A stretch of DNA of 64,000 nucleotides. Origin: Fimbriosthenelais zetlandica (lineage: Eukaryota). The position numbers were made by a program, and so were the translations under genes. The notes below the pieces were generated by a model. It did no database searches. It worked only from the letters and a program-made list of their open reading frames with translations, and had not been told where the DNA came from. Positions 47,188 through 59,200 of the stretch are shown one piece after another. Positions within the stretch are counted from its first letter, which is position 1. Each line of letters opens with the position of its first letter. The DNA is taken from positions 41,912,001 to 41,976,000 of the forward strand of contig OZ365111.1 of the NCBI GenBank assembly GCA_977030845.1, in the 5' to 3' direction.

Positions 47188-50100
47188 TTTTCATAATGCA
47201 CCATCAGACAGTGCAGGGATTACAGGGTTTCCGCGAATTCCTCCATGGATGGGTGGAAAGTTTGGGTTTATAGGCCACAAACATGTACGAGAAATAGGGT
47301 TGTAATTTAAAATTTAAGGAGACTTTTGGTATACATTTATACCTATTGTTTTAGTGTACAATCAAGGCCAAGGGCCATAAAAATGTACGGTACAGTGCCA
47401 TAAAATATTTCGATGTAGGCCTACATGGTGATTCAGATATTCCAAAATGCATTACCGTACATAACTTAATTTTTCATAGAAATTCTAAATCTTTTCTTAA
47501 GATAGTAAATTCCAAACTGTAGGTGCAAATAGTACGTTTTACCATGGGAACAGGGGTCACGAATACCAGGGGAATTAGACATGACGATAAATAGAAATGA
47601 AATGGAAGTTCCGGCAGAAAAAAAATCAAATTCATCCTTGACCTTTTGGAAAACAAATAACGTAATAAAAAGCGATTTTTCCCCTTAATGCCAGACATCA
47701 TTATCCAATACAAATGTCATAATAGCGCACAAATTGGGGGACCGATCCATAGGCTGGCAGCTTTTTAAAATTTATATTTAATTTATTATCTTTCGCATGT
47801 TTTCCAGTGGCATTTTTTTTCTCACGAAACATGGGCCTGGACCAAGACGAGTAGGTTGTTATGGTTAAGAGGCAAGAATATCAAATACCAAGCCAAGGTC
47901 AAGGCAGGGAGCTGGTAGGAGCGGTGCCCATCGACCTACTTCAGTTCAGACTGCCCAAGTTGAGTCTACACTAGTCACTAGATTCATTCTCGCTATCGGG
48001 TGTTCAAAATTGAAAGTGCTAATTTATACAATGAAAAGAGCACATTTAGTGTGAAATATCTTCTGAATAACCACCCTGTACTGTATATATCTACATGTAT
48101 ATAAATTATTATGCATTCTATATTTGCACTTTTCTATTTTCTTATAACTGATTTATACATGTTTAATCTATACTCTAAGATCTGGATCATAATCTGAAAC
48201 CTATATGACGTGACTTTGATCCAAAATGTAGATCATATTGTTCCATGATGAGTCACGCATGTTGTTATTAAAAAATCTCAGTATGTCTGCCATAAACTAA
48301 GTCTACATAGTGGCTGGCCCCCAGCAGACCCAACTAGACCCCAAACAACAATCTCCAGGCAGGAGTAGGGGGCTATAAATAGCAGCTGTATCCGGTTTGA
48401 ATCACAGTGAATGATCTGTCTTTGATTCTCCTATGGGCTGCACCATGCAGCAGCTGAGCACTCTACTGGTGCAGCAGTCAGGGCTGCGCAGCATCACTGA
48501 ACTGGTTATATATTCACTCATTAATTCATTCACTCATTCAGACACAATAATTTACTTAGATATGAGTCAATGATCGAGTAAGTCACTCAATCGCTGAGTC
48601 CGTCATTAATACACTCCCTCACCGAGTCATTAATTCCATGTAATTCACTCACTTACTGAGTCAGTCAATAACTCTCTCACTCACTTACTGAGTCAGTTAT
48701 TAATTCACTCACTCGCTGAGTTGGTCATTAATTCAATCACTGAGTTGATCATTAATTCAATCACTGAGTTGGTCATTAATTTAATCACTGAGTTGGTCAT
48801 TAATTCAATCACTGAGTCGGTCATTAATTTAATCACTGAGTTGATCTTTAATTCAATCACTGAGTTGATCATTAATTCAATCACTGAGTTGATAATTCAT
48901 TCAATCACTGAATTGATCATTCATTCAATCACTGAATTGGTCATTAATTCAATCACTGAATTGGTCATTAATTCATTCACTGAAGTCTGAATTGGTCATT
49001 AATTCAATCACTAATTCACGAAGTCTCCCTTCTTCATTCACATGTATACACACATCCAGGAAGGTCTAGATAGAGTCCTTCACCGTGTAAGGTGGGAAAA
49101 AAAGAAAAAAAGTTTAAAAATTAAAAAAAGTCACTAAGGTAAAAATACAACTCTACCAGGATGTTTTGCATGGTCGGTTGGAGTGCCTGCAGTAGTTGTT
49201 CCACGGTGCAGACAGGGGAGTGGGAAGGGCATGTCTACCATCGACTTTATTAATTTAAAGTGGCACATAACACCGATCAATAAAAATATGATCTGGTTTT
49301 ATGCTTTTTGGCCCAGATTCTAGTTCGGGTATTGGCTGGAAAAAGATCATCAGCTTTTTGAAATTTCATGTTTTTAAATCACACTGCTAAAAACATGAGC
49401 TGAGGTTATGCTATATAAATGTCTCCCTGTGCAAGAAAAACATTGGCACTAGAGCTACTTTAAATGTCATGGACTATAATTATAGTACCCCAGTTGTTGC
49501 CATTCTTCAGTCAGAATGTTTTCCCCAACAACAAAACACGTGAGGAGGAGGCGATGGTGGTGGTGGTATAGTGGTGGTGGTGGTGGTAGAGTAGAAAGGG
49601 GTCGTGGGATGTGGCCTAGTTCTCCCCAGCACCACAAATATAGCACCAGCACCACTACATAGCACGAGGCCTATGGGTGTGTGTATCTAGTTCACTAGAG
49701 CAGTGCTAGCAAACGGGCTGCTATAGTGACCCGTCACAACAAAGCTCTGCCCTAACCAGCGACCTGCAAATCACCTTTGAGCAACTACCAAGGCCCTGTT
49801 AAGAGAGACACCGATTAGTAGTTTCTTTTGAACCCTAAATTCTTTCATGTTCAAAGAATGTTTCATGTTTACAAAGATTTTGTAAAAATTTAGTTTTGGT
49901 TAATTATCACCATTTATTTTGTTCTGGTTAATTAATACTAAAAATTAAAGACCTTGCCAATATTCAGATTACATAAAAAAAATCCCCTGGTACATTTCCC
50001 AAAGGCATCAACTGCGCTACTTATCTTAAACAAAGACTATTTATATGAAATTCCTTCTTTTTGACAGCCCAAATAATCGTACACCCCCGCCCCCTTCCTA

Positions 50101-53100
50101 ATGATAAATTAGTGCGGCGATACTTAATTCTCTGAACTCAAGTCAAGCTTCTATCTAATTATACTAAGTAATACACCGAATCTCGCTCAGTGACGATTGT
50201 TGCCCCAATTCTATTTTTTTAATAGAATTTCTCAAAAACCAGGCGTGAGTTGGGGAAGCAGCATTCCATAAATTTCGCCCAATCTGGTTTTAGTTGGGTT
50301 TTTTTTCTTGGGTGGGTGGGCGAGCATCAGCATGTTTGAAGGTCATAATCGTACAGTAAAATCTCTATATATAATGAAGTATGAACACTGGCGACGGCGA
50401 AAAGGCCAGGGTTCATTATTTATATGATTATTTATAGAAGGTGTTGCCAGTAGTACCTAACCAGAAGTGATTGTCAGAATTAAATTCACCGAAAGGACTG
50501 TGAATTAATGTTAACTGGAATTGAGAGGGTATTTTTAAAGTAATCACAGGTGTTCAATTATGGAGGTTTTACTGTGGTATATATATATTAAGGATCCTAT
50601 GACTATGCATCTTTAATGGTGAACTGAACCGAACACCAGTCATGGAGGGAGAATAGAAAATTAACAGTCCGTGACTTCTGTCCGTTACGGAGCTAGAACG
50701 CCACGCTCCGTTTAGAGGCCGCGACAAAATTATTTTCAGCCTAATTCATGAGTAATTGTTTCATTTCGAACAAAAAAGGGAGATACAGCGTGGCCTAAAT
50801 ACACTAGTGGAATGTTGATGTGGACCAATTTGATAATTATCCGAATCAAAACGGGAGAGACAGATCTATGGGAAATAACGTGCGTGTCAATAATTAAGTT
50901 CAAGATTCAATTCTTGAAAACGTTTGCACCTGACATCAGAGGTTAAAAAAACAATTTATAAGAAATTCCCTGTTCTGATGTCAGTATGAGGTGCAAAGAT
51001 TTGAAATTGCTGAAGAAGCCAGAATTATGTAAAAATGGAAATGATTAATTTTAATAGTCATGATTTGCATCCGGGTTGCAAAATATTTAATGCATTGCTC
51101 AATATTATGAAATTGTGCAAGCTTGAGAAAGCAAATATCATTGCCTGATCTTACTAAGTGCTGATAGAGAAGGACAAAATAGGCAGAGGGACTGGAGAAG
51201 GGAGGGAGGGAGAACTCGATAAGTACTCACAGAATGTTACATAACGTGTTGAAACAGGTTATGAAACAGAAAAGGAGTCAACATAAAGATGAGGCGAGGT
51301 TTCCCTTTAAAATTTGCAGTACTTAGTTAACCTACTAACCCATGCAATCCAGCCATATTTCAGAGAGAAACCAGCCAATGTACTATAATATTTCTTTTAA
51401 ATCACATTCATACTAAATTTTGGGTTAAAATGTGACAACACTTTCAATAGAAAAGAAAAGTTAAATCAAACTCGGGCATCTTTCTCTGAAAATATATCAG
51501 CCCCTGCCATGTCCAGATGTTTCTTCCAGTCACCGCACTTTACCCAACCACCCTCCCCACCCTCGACACACTCACCCACCTAAATGTCTCTCTCACTCCC
51601 TCTATACAATGTAGGCCTACAGCACTCGGGGAGGGTAAAGGTGTCAACACGGGTGTCAACATCAGAATTACAAATAAATCTCCATCACCCAGCCTTTATT
51701 TATCATGGTTACAGCCGGATATATGTTTTATGGGACCTTTGTGCATCGCTCCGTCCAGTTATCTATATATGGATATACTCATACATAATATAGGTTGCTT
51801 TAGATAGTATACATGTTTTCCTGGAAGCCATGCATGATCTGATGAAACGGTAAAAACTTCTAGGACTAGGAGGGAACATCTGAAGAGGTGGTGTATCGTA
51901 TTTGCCGGAGTAAATCGCGGCGTGCGGTTAATAAAACGAAGCAATTATTATATGGATTTCTATACAAAGCAGAGGTTTATACATGTATTTTATCCTCAGT
52001 GGCCAGGGGGTGCGGTCTTACTTTATAGGCAAATAAGTTAGTCTCTATGGATTAATAAGGGACAATACCTCAAAATAGTGGACACTTTTTCTGTCATAAT
52101 TCCTTGAGGTATTGTTTACTACCCCCTCTGAACGGGGAACACTCGATGTAGTTGACACTTTTTTCAATCCCAACAATGTTCTCTATTATATGGACGTTTT
52201 ACTGTCGAAAGGGATGGTTGAATTACAGTGCTCCTCCGGGAAAGCGACCACTTGGGAACCTTTCAAAACTTAAAGTGGCCTCTATAAGGAGATGACCGCT
52301 TCATGGGGGTATTTTAAACATAAAATTAATCGAAAATGAGACACGAGTCAAAGAAGGTCTGTTATCGGGGGTGGTCGGTTTAGCGGGGCGGTCGGATGCG
52401 GGAGAAGCACTAGTAGGATCTTACTACACAAAGCATCTCTCACATACACACAAACCAAAAAGATCTGTGTCACTTGCCCACATACACGCTTTGTATCCTC
52501 TACGTTTTTATATAGGACTCCATATTCTTAGTGACCTTATCTTGGCTCAGAGCCCGCTCCATGATGTAGTTGAGAGAGTCCACAAACGCAAGTGGCAAGG
52601 ATAGGGGATATATATGTATAAGACAACTTGTTATGACCAAGCTTTCGGGAGATACCCTACTGGTGCCCCCTTGGGAAGTAGTATCAAAGAAGGAACTTCC
52701 AACAAACTATTCACTGTCCCTTTTGTCTACGCAGCACTTGTAAATTATGACGCTTCCCCTTGCAGAAAGATTTTATGTGTGATTTAAACCTCCCTTGAAT
52801 TCGATTTAAATCTTAGAGGGCGAGATACAATTTGATTTCAGAGAAATTGGAATTATGTGTATCATGCGACCCCGCGATCCTACTTGACTTCTCAATTATT
52901 GACAGGGCGCCCCCATTGTGAATTGTGAAACTTTAAGGAATCCTTGAATCGAAAATCCTCAAACCATAACTTAAACACGAGCATTTAAATATTGGGATGA
53001 AAAGAGGACAAACATGAATATTTGAATTACATTTGATTTCTATCGGTCTTGTGAGGCGCAGTGGTTTCATCTATTCTCTATTCCTGCCTGGAATTATCAT

Positions 53101-53762
53101 GATCATTTTATATCATGTCTATACAAATCCCAATGCCAAAGAGATCAATGGCCTAAATCTACGAGGAAGAGTTATTGCTCTTGACTAGCCCTGCTTTCAC
53201 TCTGAACCAACCTTGCTACTTTACGCTTCACAGAGTTAGATGAATCAAGTAATTGAGACATGGTCATAAATTGTTTCTCACAAAAAAACATGGATGTAAG
53301 CACCGTAAAAAAAAAATGAGTGAAAAAAGAAAATATTTACATGATGTGAGTCAGAGAGAGGACCTTAGGCTATTGATTGTAAGCAGTAAAGTGAGCTGTT
53401 TTGAAGAGCAAACTTGAGGTTGCAACCAAAAAAATAACTAGTTAATAGACATCTGCAGTATTTTATATATGTGGAATATGTGTCTTCTAAAAGCGCACAT
53501 GAGTATTTAAATTAACATAATTGATAATAGAAAATTTTCTCAAAAAAAAAAAAAAAATCTTACCTGGTAGGGCTCTCTTGTGTACATAGCATATGATGTG
53601 GGCACGTGGAGCGCACCATAACGTGAAGCAGCATCCTGAGTGTACGAGTAACTACCTGGGCGCTGGGTGGGAGGGGGCACGGCTCCCTGGACTGCTCCAG
53701 GCGATTGATCGCGAGGTCGCTTATAAGGCGAAGACCCCTCCCCAGTGCCCACTGTCGGGATC
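25035..53762 (-). CDS. NCOR1: Nuclear receptor corepressor NCoR/SMRT (SMRTER) ortholog, >=28 coding exons, ~3150 aa; 5'-most coding exon uncertain
   Basis: Exons (minus): 53762-53564, 43932-43829, 43132-42850, 42501-42325, 41963-41847, 41562-41506, 41354-41302, 41083-41017, 40725-40640, 40523-40437, 40299-40185, 39858-39625, 39410-39300, 39065-38986, 37089-36683, 36401-36227, 36101-35986, 35788-35669, 35391-35195, 34865-34685, 34473-33910, 33440-32673, 32326-31042, 30565-29358, 29039-28411, 27887-27656, 27360-27100, 26566-25035; all GT-AG with matching phases. Motifs [29 protein letters not shown]2-binding coil, [21 protein letters not shown]1 (AVIPPML...[28 protein letters not shown]), SANT2 ([42 protein letters not shown]), GSITQGTP, CoRNR boxes, and C-terminal [10 protein letters not shown]. 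The single invertebrate gene is co-orthologous to NCOR1 and NCOR2. A candidate start ATG-AG|gtaac at 54013-54009 fits the required phase. Confidence 0.93.
30048..30143 (-). repeat. GGN repeat encoding a NCoR polyglycine tract
   Basis: [32 protein letters not shown] in exon 30565-29358. Confidence 0.9.
33569..33701. other. Assembly gap (133 N) inside a NCoR intron
   Basis: Run of N between exons 34473-33910 and 33440-32673; the flanking exon phases (1/1) are compatible without an extra exon. Confidence 0.99.
35195..35391 (-). other. NCoR SANT2 domain exon
   Basis: [49 protein letters not shown], near-identical to the NCoR/SMRT SANT2 consensus. Confidence 0.9.
38620..38899 (-). mobile_element. 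tRNA-derived SINE in a NCoR intron
   Basis: Minus strand reads GACGTGGCTCAGGCGGTAGGGTGTTCGACTT...CCCCAGTTCAATTCCCC: A box (38884-38895) and B box (38837-38846) without a full cloverleaf, followed by a non-tRNA body and simple-repeat tail. A second partial copy shares GGGGAATTGAACTGGGGACC at 30762-30781. The 3' boundary is approximate. Confidence 0.65.
39300..39858 (-). other. NCoR deacetylase-activation domain / SANT1 (two exons)
   Basis: [13 protein letters not shown]...[30 protein letters not shown]|[14 protein letters not shown] matches the HDAC3-activating DAD of NCoR/SMRT. Confidence 0.9.
42958..43020 (-). repeat. CAG/CAA trinucleotide repeat encoding NCoR polyglutamine, preceded by polyproline
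   Basis: PPPPPPP followed by about 20 Q in exon 43132-42850. Confidence 0.9.
47155..47186. repeat. Poly-C run (~30 nt) in a NCoR intron
   Basis: Direct observation. Other G/C runs lie near 18459, 18482, 18608, 38581 and 58470. Confidence 0.9.
48714..49013. repeat. 24-bp minisatellite, ~12 copies (CTGAGTTGGTCATTAATTCAATCA), with a degenerate left flank from ~48500
   Basis: Visible 24-nt periodicity; it generates the spurious ORF 48721-48990 (INSITELV repeats). Confidence 0.92.
52040..52310. mobile_element. Decayed Tc1/pogo-type MITE fragments (related pieces at ~16865-16990, ~26880-27010 and ~50350-50580)
   Basis: Recurrent ends resembling ...GGTTTTACTGT / TACAGTAAAA, internal GGACACTTTTT and AGCGACCAC/GTGGTCGCT blocks; TTTGGGACTGAC is shared between ~16876 and ~26936. 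Highly degenerate, boundaries approximate. Confidence 0.35.
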
Positions 53763-55617
53763 CTACCAGAAATGAAAGGAAAAAACAAAAATGTTAGTCA
53801 TTCCTGTAAAATATTTCTTATAAACATATTTTGTTTTATCATTCTTCTTGTATACATTTTTAACGTCCAATCAGCAATGTTTCAGTAGGAAACACGCTGT
53901 CGGTACTACTCAATAAGCTCTTCTCTTACGGCAGCAATGCCTGAATGGTTCTGGCAGGAACAAACGTGTTTGCTGCCTTGTTGCGCTACCACAAGTGAGG
54001 TTGGTTACCTCATAACATTCCACCTGTTCTCACCTTGACAATTGTGTTGTCAGGAGTGGACAATGGATGGTCCATCATGGACCCACAGCTTGTCTCTAAG
54101 ACTAGTTGCTACTGTGTCAGATTGATTGTTTAAACCATAACTATGCAAGCAGGAGCATATTAAATGGATTATATCATTATAGGCAATGGTTCCTAGGGGC
54201 CTTAATAATCCAGGATATAAGCACAGGTGCCCTTTTCGGATCTTCCACGTCAAAACTCACCAATGTCAGTGGGAGTGTCTTTGATATCCCAGTTTAGCAG
54301 AACTCTGATGATTTTGGAGAATACTTGGGGAATTTTAGCATATTTTCTGACATGACATCTAGACATAGACGTAGAGAGACGTCTATGATATAGACCAGGG
54401 GTCAGCAGCCAAAGCACAAGACTAGTCCTATCCATAGGCCCATATGGTACCATTGCATATTAATTTTTTTTTAAACTTATTAATATTGCAAGTACCGGTA
54501 CCGTATGACAAACAGACAATATCTGCAATCATGCCATTGTTAATCCTAAAAATAATATTAAGGGATTCTCTGGTGATTTTTATCACTATTTTTGGCAACC
54601 ACGACAACGTCGCGTTTATGTCATTATGAACTCTCAGTCATCATAACTGATTCATAAGAAGTGCAAATCCTGAATGAATTATTTTAACCAAGAGCAAATG
54701 AAAATTATCATAGATTCAGTCAAAGAGACCTGCTCTGAAAATGGTGTATTGATCACTACAATCTAAATGTCAAACCGGTTTCTATAACTTCCTTATCACT
54801 AGGTCTAGGCCCTCAGGTCTGCCTCGATGTGTAGGCCTATGCCAATCAAATGTTAACACCCTTTTCCAGCAACATGCAAAAGAAATCTCGGTAGTCGGGT
54901 AGACCATAAACCTCAGGGAGTGTATTGTAAATTTCTTATCCTTAATCGTATAGGGCCTAGGCCTACTTAGTGACCTAATAATTTAAGAAGACCTATTTCA
55001 AACTGTTTACATTCTAACTTTTAAGTAGGCATAGTCTGTTTAGCTTGAGTACAGATGAGGTATTCCCATTTATTAGGATACCGTAATTAATTTATGTGAC
55101 ATTTCCATACGTGACATGTTCAAAACAGGAATGAAATTAGGTGGTGACAATGGCTGTCATTTCTGGTGGCATTTGCATGATTCTTCTCCGAATGAGTACC
55201 TTCAATAGAATATCTAATACTAGTAATACTGCCTATATTAGTAATATGCCTACTAGTACTTCTCTAGACTAGCAGTACCGTAGTACTAGTAGCACTGCCA
55301 CAGTGCCAGGCCCAGTGCTGCCTGAGCAGACAGTACGATTTGACAATGATTATAGATCTAGCCCTATACCTTTATGGCTTTAATTGCAATATTCCAGACT
55401 ATTTCCATGTCCTGCCTTCATATCGAATTTTGCCCGTACGGTCATTTGTGATCCATAGCAGTGAAGTTGTTTAAAAAATCGATCCTAGATTACAATGTCT
55501 AGGCAGCCACTTTGGTGTCTAACAAGCTGTCAGTGTCAGCTAACTTCACCTGTCATAGTCTTAGACATAGTCATAGAGACAGTCAGTGGGTCGGGGTGTA
55601 CCTAACAAAAGGTCTAC

Positions 55618-56282
55618 CTCCTCAATGTGTATTTACACACACAACAGTAAACACAAATACGATCATAAATACATGGTCACAAGAAGAATGATTACAGAAC
55701 ACAGAGTCGAAATATTATACTGAAAAAAGGTCAGTAACATGTTCTTCGGAGAAGTAGAATTATTTCTGGGTCCCCCGCTTTGCTCTCCGATCATACGCCG
55801 ATTCGATTGCGGACCGCTTTCCAGCACGAATTAGGTCAGCATTCCTGGTGTTATTATCCGAAGGATATTAGGCAAATAGCAATCAAATCCTGATAATCGG
55901 AAACTTGAAGTATTGATCTGCAAATGTACAATACGAATAGAGCGTAATCGTGAAGAATTCAAAGTGAAATTACCTTTCGTTTAGTTGCCTATTCGACATC
56001 CTTCTTGACCTTACTTTTCCATCATGTATGACGTCAAGGACGCCGAGACTTACGGAGTGAATATTTCTCGCGTTCCCATTGGTTGGATATGATGAAAGAA
56101 TCAACACTTTGGAACAAGGGTAACGATGTAATACTTTTACTTGGGGTCAAAAATTATTTCGAGTGAATATTTCAAAAATCATTCATTCCATAGATTTTAT
56201 GTATAATGGTGAAATAGTAAATGTATTTTTTATCAGGTGATTTACTGCGAGTGATGTAAATAAAGCAGCGACGCGAGGGAGG
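55618..56282. promoter_or_regulatory. Putative bidirectional promoter / NCoR non-coding first exon, head-to-head with MKS1
   Basis: Perfect CRE TGACGTCA at 56029-56036, CCAAT box (ATTGG 56078-56082), CpG-richer segment 55740-56080, candidate minus-strand donor gag|gtagac at 55618. The MKS1 ATG is at 56283. Confidence 0.5.
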
Positions 56283-59200
56283 ATGGCGGACTTACAAGAA
56301 TCCGATTTTGGTGCTGCGTTTTACAGGTCACTCGATCCTATAAAGAATTTGAAAATTAGGTAAAACTTATGTATATTACCATATTTTGTAAAAGGGCTAT
56401 CTGATGACTTGCGATGAATGTCTTTTGTGTTAGTATTTTGTTGAATTTTGAGGACTTCCCAGGTGCATGTCATAACCTGCCGTCCCCAACAGTGCAACAC
56501 TGTCACTGTCAAATCACTGAGTCTGACATGTCATAGACTATGACGTAAACATTGATAAAAATAGGGTGATAATTATCGTTTTTTGTATAGTTGTTCATAA
56601 ATTATACATTTGTTTAATTGCTAAAGCTGATTTAAGTGCTTTCAGCAGTCATTTCACATGTGACATTACCATGGCATAGAGTTTGAAAAGGTGTGAATGA
56701 ACTTCAATCAACGACAACGTCATGCCATCATGGTCATGTCATGGTGTCATGGACCATAGGCATAGATAGCACCATGGACCATGGGCATAGATAGTTATAT
56801 CTATGACTACGGTATGCATGGACATGGTCTTCGAATTTAGCTCTATCTCGATATGCGCTGCACTTATCACATATGATATAACCCACACTCATGCTTAGAA
56901 TATTAAATAAACATTTTTTTAAAATTTCTCTCTGAATCTCTCATTCTCAATTTCAGGGTTAATCTGGAACGTGTAACCTCAGCAAGCATCGTACCCCAAG
57001 CCCAGATTGAACGAGAGGCAGGTGGAAATGTCGAAATGCAGGAAATTAAAATGCGCCAGAATTTTGGTGGACAAAAAGATGCAGAGTCTTATTGTTTTTC
57101 ATGGCAGGAAAAGGTGTTCTCAGAGGTAGGTCATGGTAATTTAAACGGTTCATTTAAAACATCAAAAGGATTTGCCAGGTATAGATGTAGGTAGATCTTA
57201 GATAAAATATTCAGCCCCTGGGTCCCCACTAGCTGGTAGATCTAGGACCATGAATGTTCACTGTTCAGCTAATTTTGATTTTTGTTTTTCAGAGAGAAGT
57301 TGAGATTTATCGTGATGAAACGTCGTGTACAAGTGTTATAGACAGAAAATATCACACAGACACCAAACCATTTAGGTGAGCACCGTTTTTTGTCATATTA
57401 TAATGTTTAAGTTTATTGCATAGACTCCTTTCATTCCATTTGTTTTACCCTAATAAATCTGTTCAAGTGTTGGACATCGATAAAACCCTAGCTTCTGGGA
57501 AAAAGGTTTATTTGCCAAAGCCTAAGGTGAACAATCATTTTTGAAAACGATAGTTTAACTGCATTAAATAATTCAAAAAAGAAATAGAATGAGTCATTAC
57601 TGGAAGGGTCCATGGCTCCAAAGTGTCACTCATTCGTTTCTCCTGCATTCCTTTCCAGGGAAGGAAGGAAACGGGACACGAAAAGACTATTTTCCTATGT
57701 CAATCATGATGTATTTACGAATAAGGATGAGGTATTTAATTTTCATAGCTATAATGCTTAACAAAATAACAAAATAATTATATAGAAGATAAATACTAAT
57801 ATAACTTTGAAAAATAACTAGAACTACATTTTCTGTAGGCCTACAATCTAAAATAGAAATGAATACCTAAATATAACGGTAAAAGAAAAATAAATATTAT
57901 AATCTACTATAAGTTCGGATATTAAATCATAATGATGGATTATTCCTTTTACTAAGCTTTAGTTGTTAAAAATTTTATTTTTATAAGAACGTGAAAAAGA
58001 TGACAACAAGTCCAAACGAAACGCCGACTCTTCTCGCTGAAAAAATGGCTAACTTGAAGTTCCACCGGGTTACACAATCAAATAAAAATAAGTAAGTGTA
58101 ATAATAATGTTTGATTGATCAATTTTTAAAAATGACTTTGCTTAAAATTTATTATTAATAGATCTCATCTAAGGATGATATGAGATTTCTGATTAATTTC
58201 TTAATTTTGTTCTTTTAAATTTCAGTAACAATGTGGGTATTTCCAAATATAACATCATTGACTTTAAACCATCTGATGAGTTAATGAAACAGAATCACTA
58301 TATCAGCGCTGGCGCCCAGACGATGTACATCATGGCATGCTTATCTGTGGCTGAAAAGTAGGTCCACAATTTGATTAGATAAGCTTTCGCCTTCCCTTCT
58401 CCTTCCCTCCCTCCTTCCCCTTCATTTCTCTACCCCCCTCCCCATCTCTTTCTCTCCCTCTTCCCCCCTCCCCCCCCCCCCCTCTCTCTCTCTTTCTCTC
58501 TCTCTCCATTAACCAATATACGTCCCAAACTCTCTCCCTCTCTCCCTTGCTTCCCCAGTATTGTTCAACCTCTCTCCCTCCCACCCTTTCTTCCTCACTC
58601 TCTATCTCTAGATGCTATCTCTATCACACCTGAATCATGAGTTGTCATTGTTGTCCTCTCAAACAAGGTGTGTAAACTGTCCTCTATATGTGACAAGTTG
58701 GTCCGTTATCTCATTGATATTATTGACAATTTTATGATATTTGTTTCCCTTATCGCTTCAAGGATCAATGCAGAACCTGAGACCTGTTATCTGTCTAAGG
58801 CTTAGTGAGGGCGGATGTAGGGCATCTAATGAACCTGTATACTACATGGCATGAAAGGAACCCTAGACTAAATTTAATCAACCCAAAATGTTGTGATTTA
58901 TTTTATTATTTAGGTATGTGCCCAGTTGGTATAAAAGATATGATGAAGATCATTCAGTCATTCACTATTAAAGCGGCACTATCACCAATCATTGATACAT
59001 GCATTGCCAATTTACCCAGATTCTAAATTGGCTCTGGAAGTATGGAAATTGGTCTTACCATCGAGTCTTCTTTACTCGTTGGTCTTACTAAGTTCCAACT
59101 ATAACACGTTCAGGGGCTGCCAAAAAGAAGCGGAGCCGAGATGAACTATAAATTTTACTCTGATCAAGAATAAGTAGGCGAAAGAGTCGCTTTAAGATGC

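Noticed and set aside
47994-48080. Possible mariner-like MITE (TATCGGGTG...CACCCTGTA)
   Set aside because: Only about 7 terminal bases are complementary, too little to support a call.
48721-48990. 89-aa ORF of INSITELV repeats
   Set aside because: Translation artefact of the 24-bp minisatellite, whose unit length is a multiple of 3.
48714-49013. Regular repeat array as a possible CRISPR
   Set aside because: The units are contiguous with no unique spacers, and there are no cas genes.
56105-56125. RFX X-box upstream of MKS1 (GGAACAAGGGTAAC)
   Set aside because: Only a GGTAAC half site; the other half does not fit the consensus.
58940-59165. C box (ATGATGA) and distant CTGA as an intronic C/D snoRNA
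   Set aside because: The spacing (~220 nt) is too long, and there is no terminal stem or recognisable guide.
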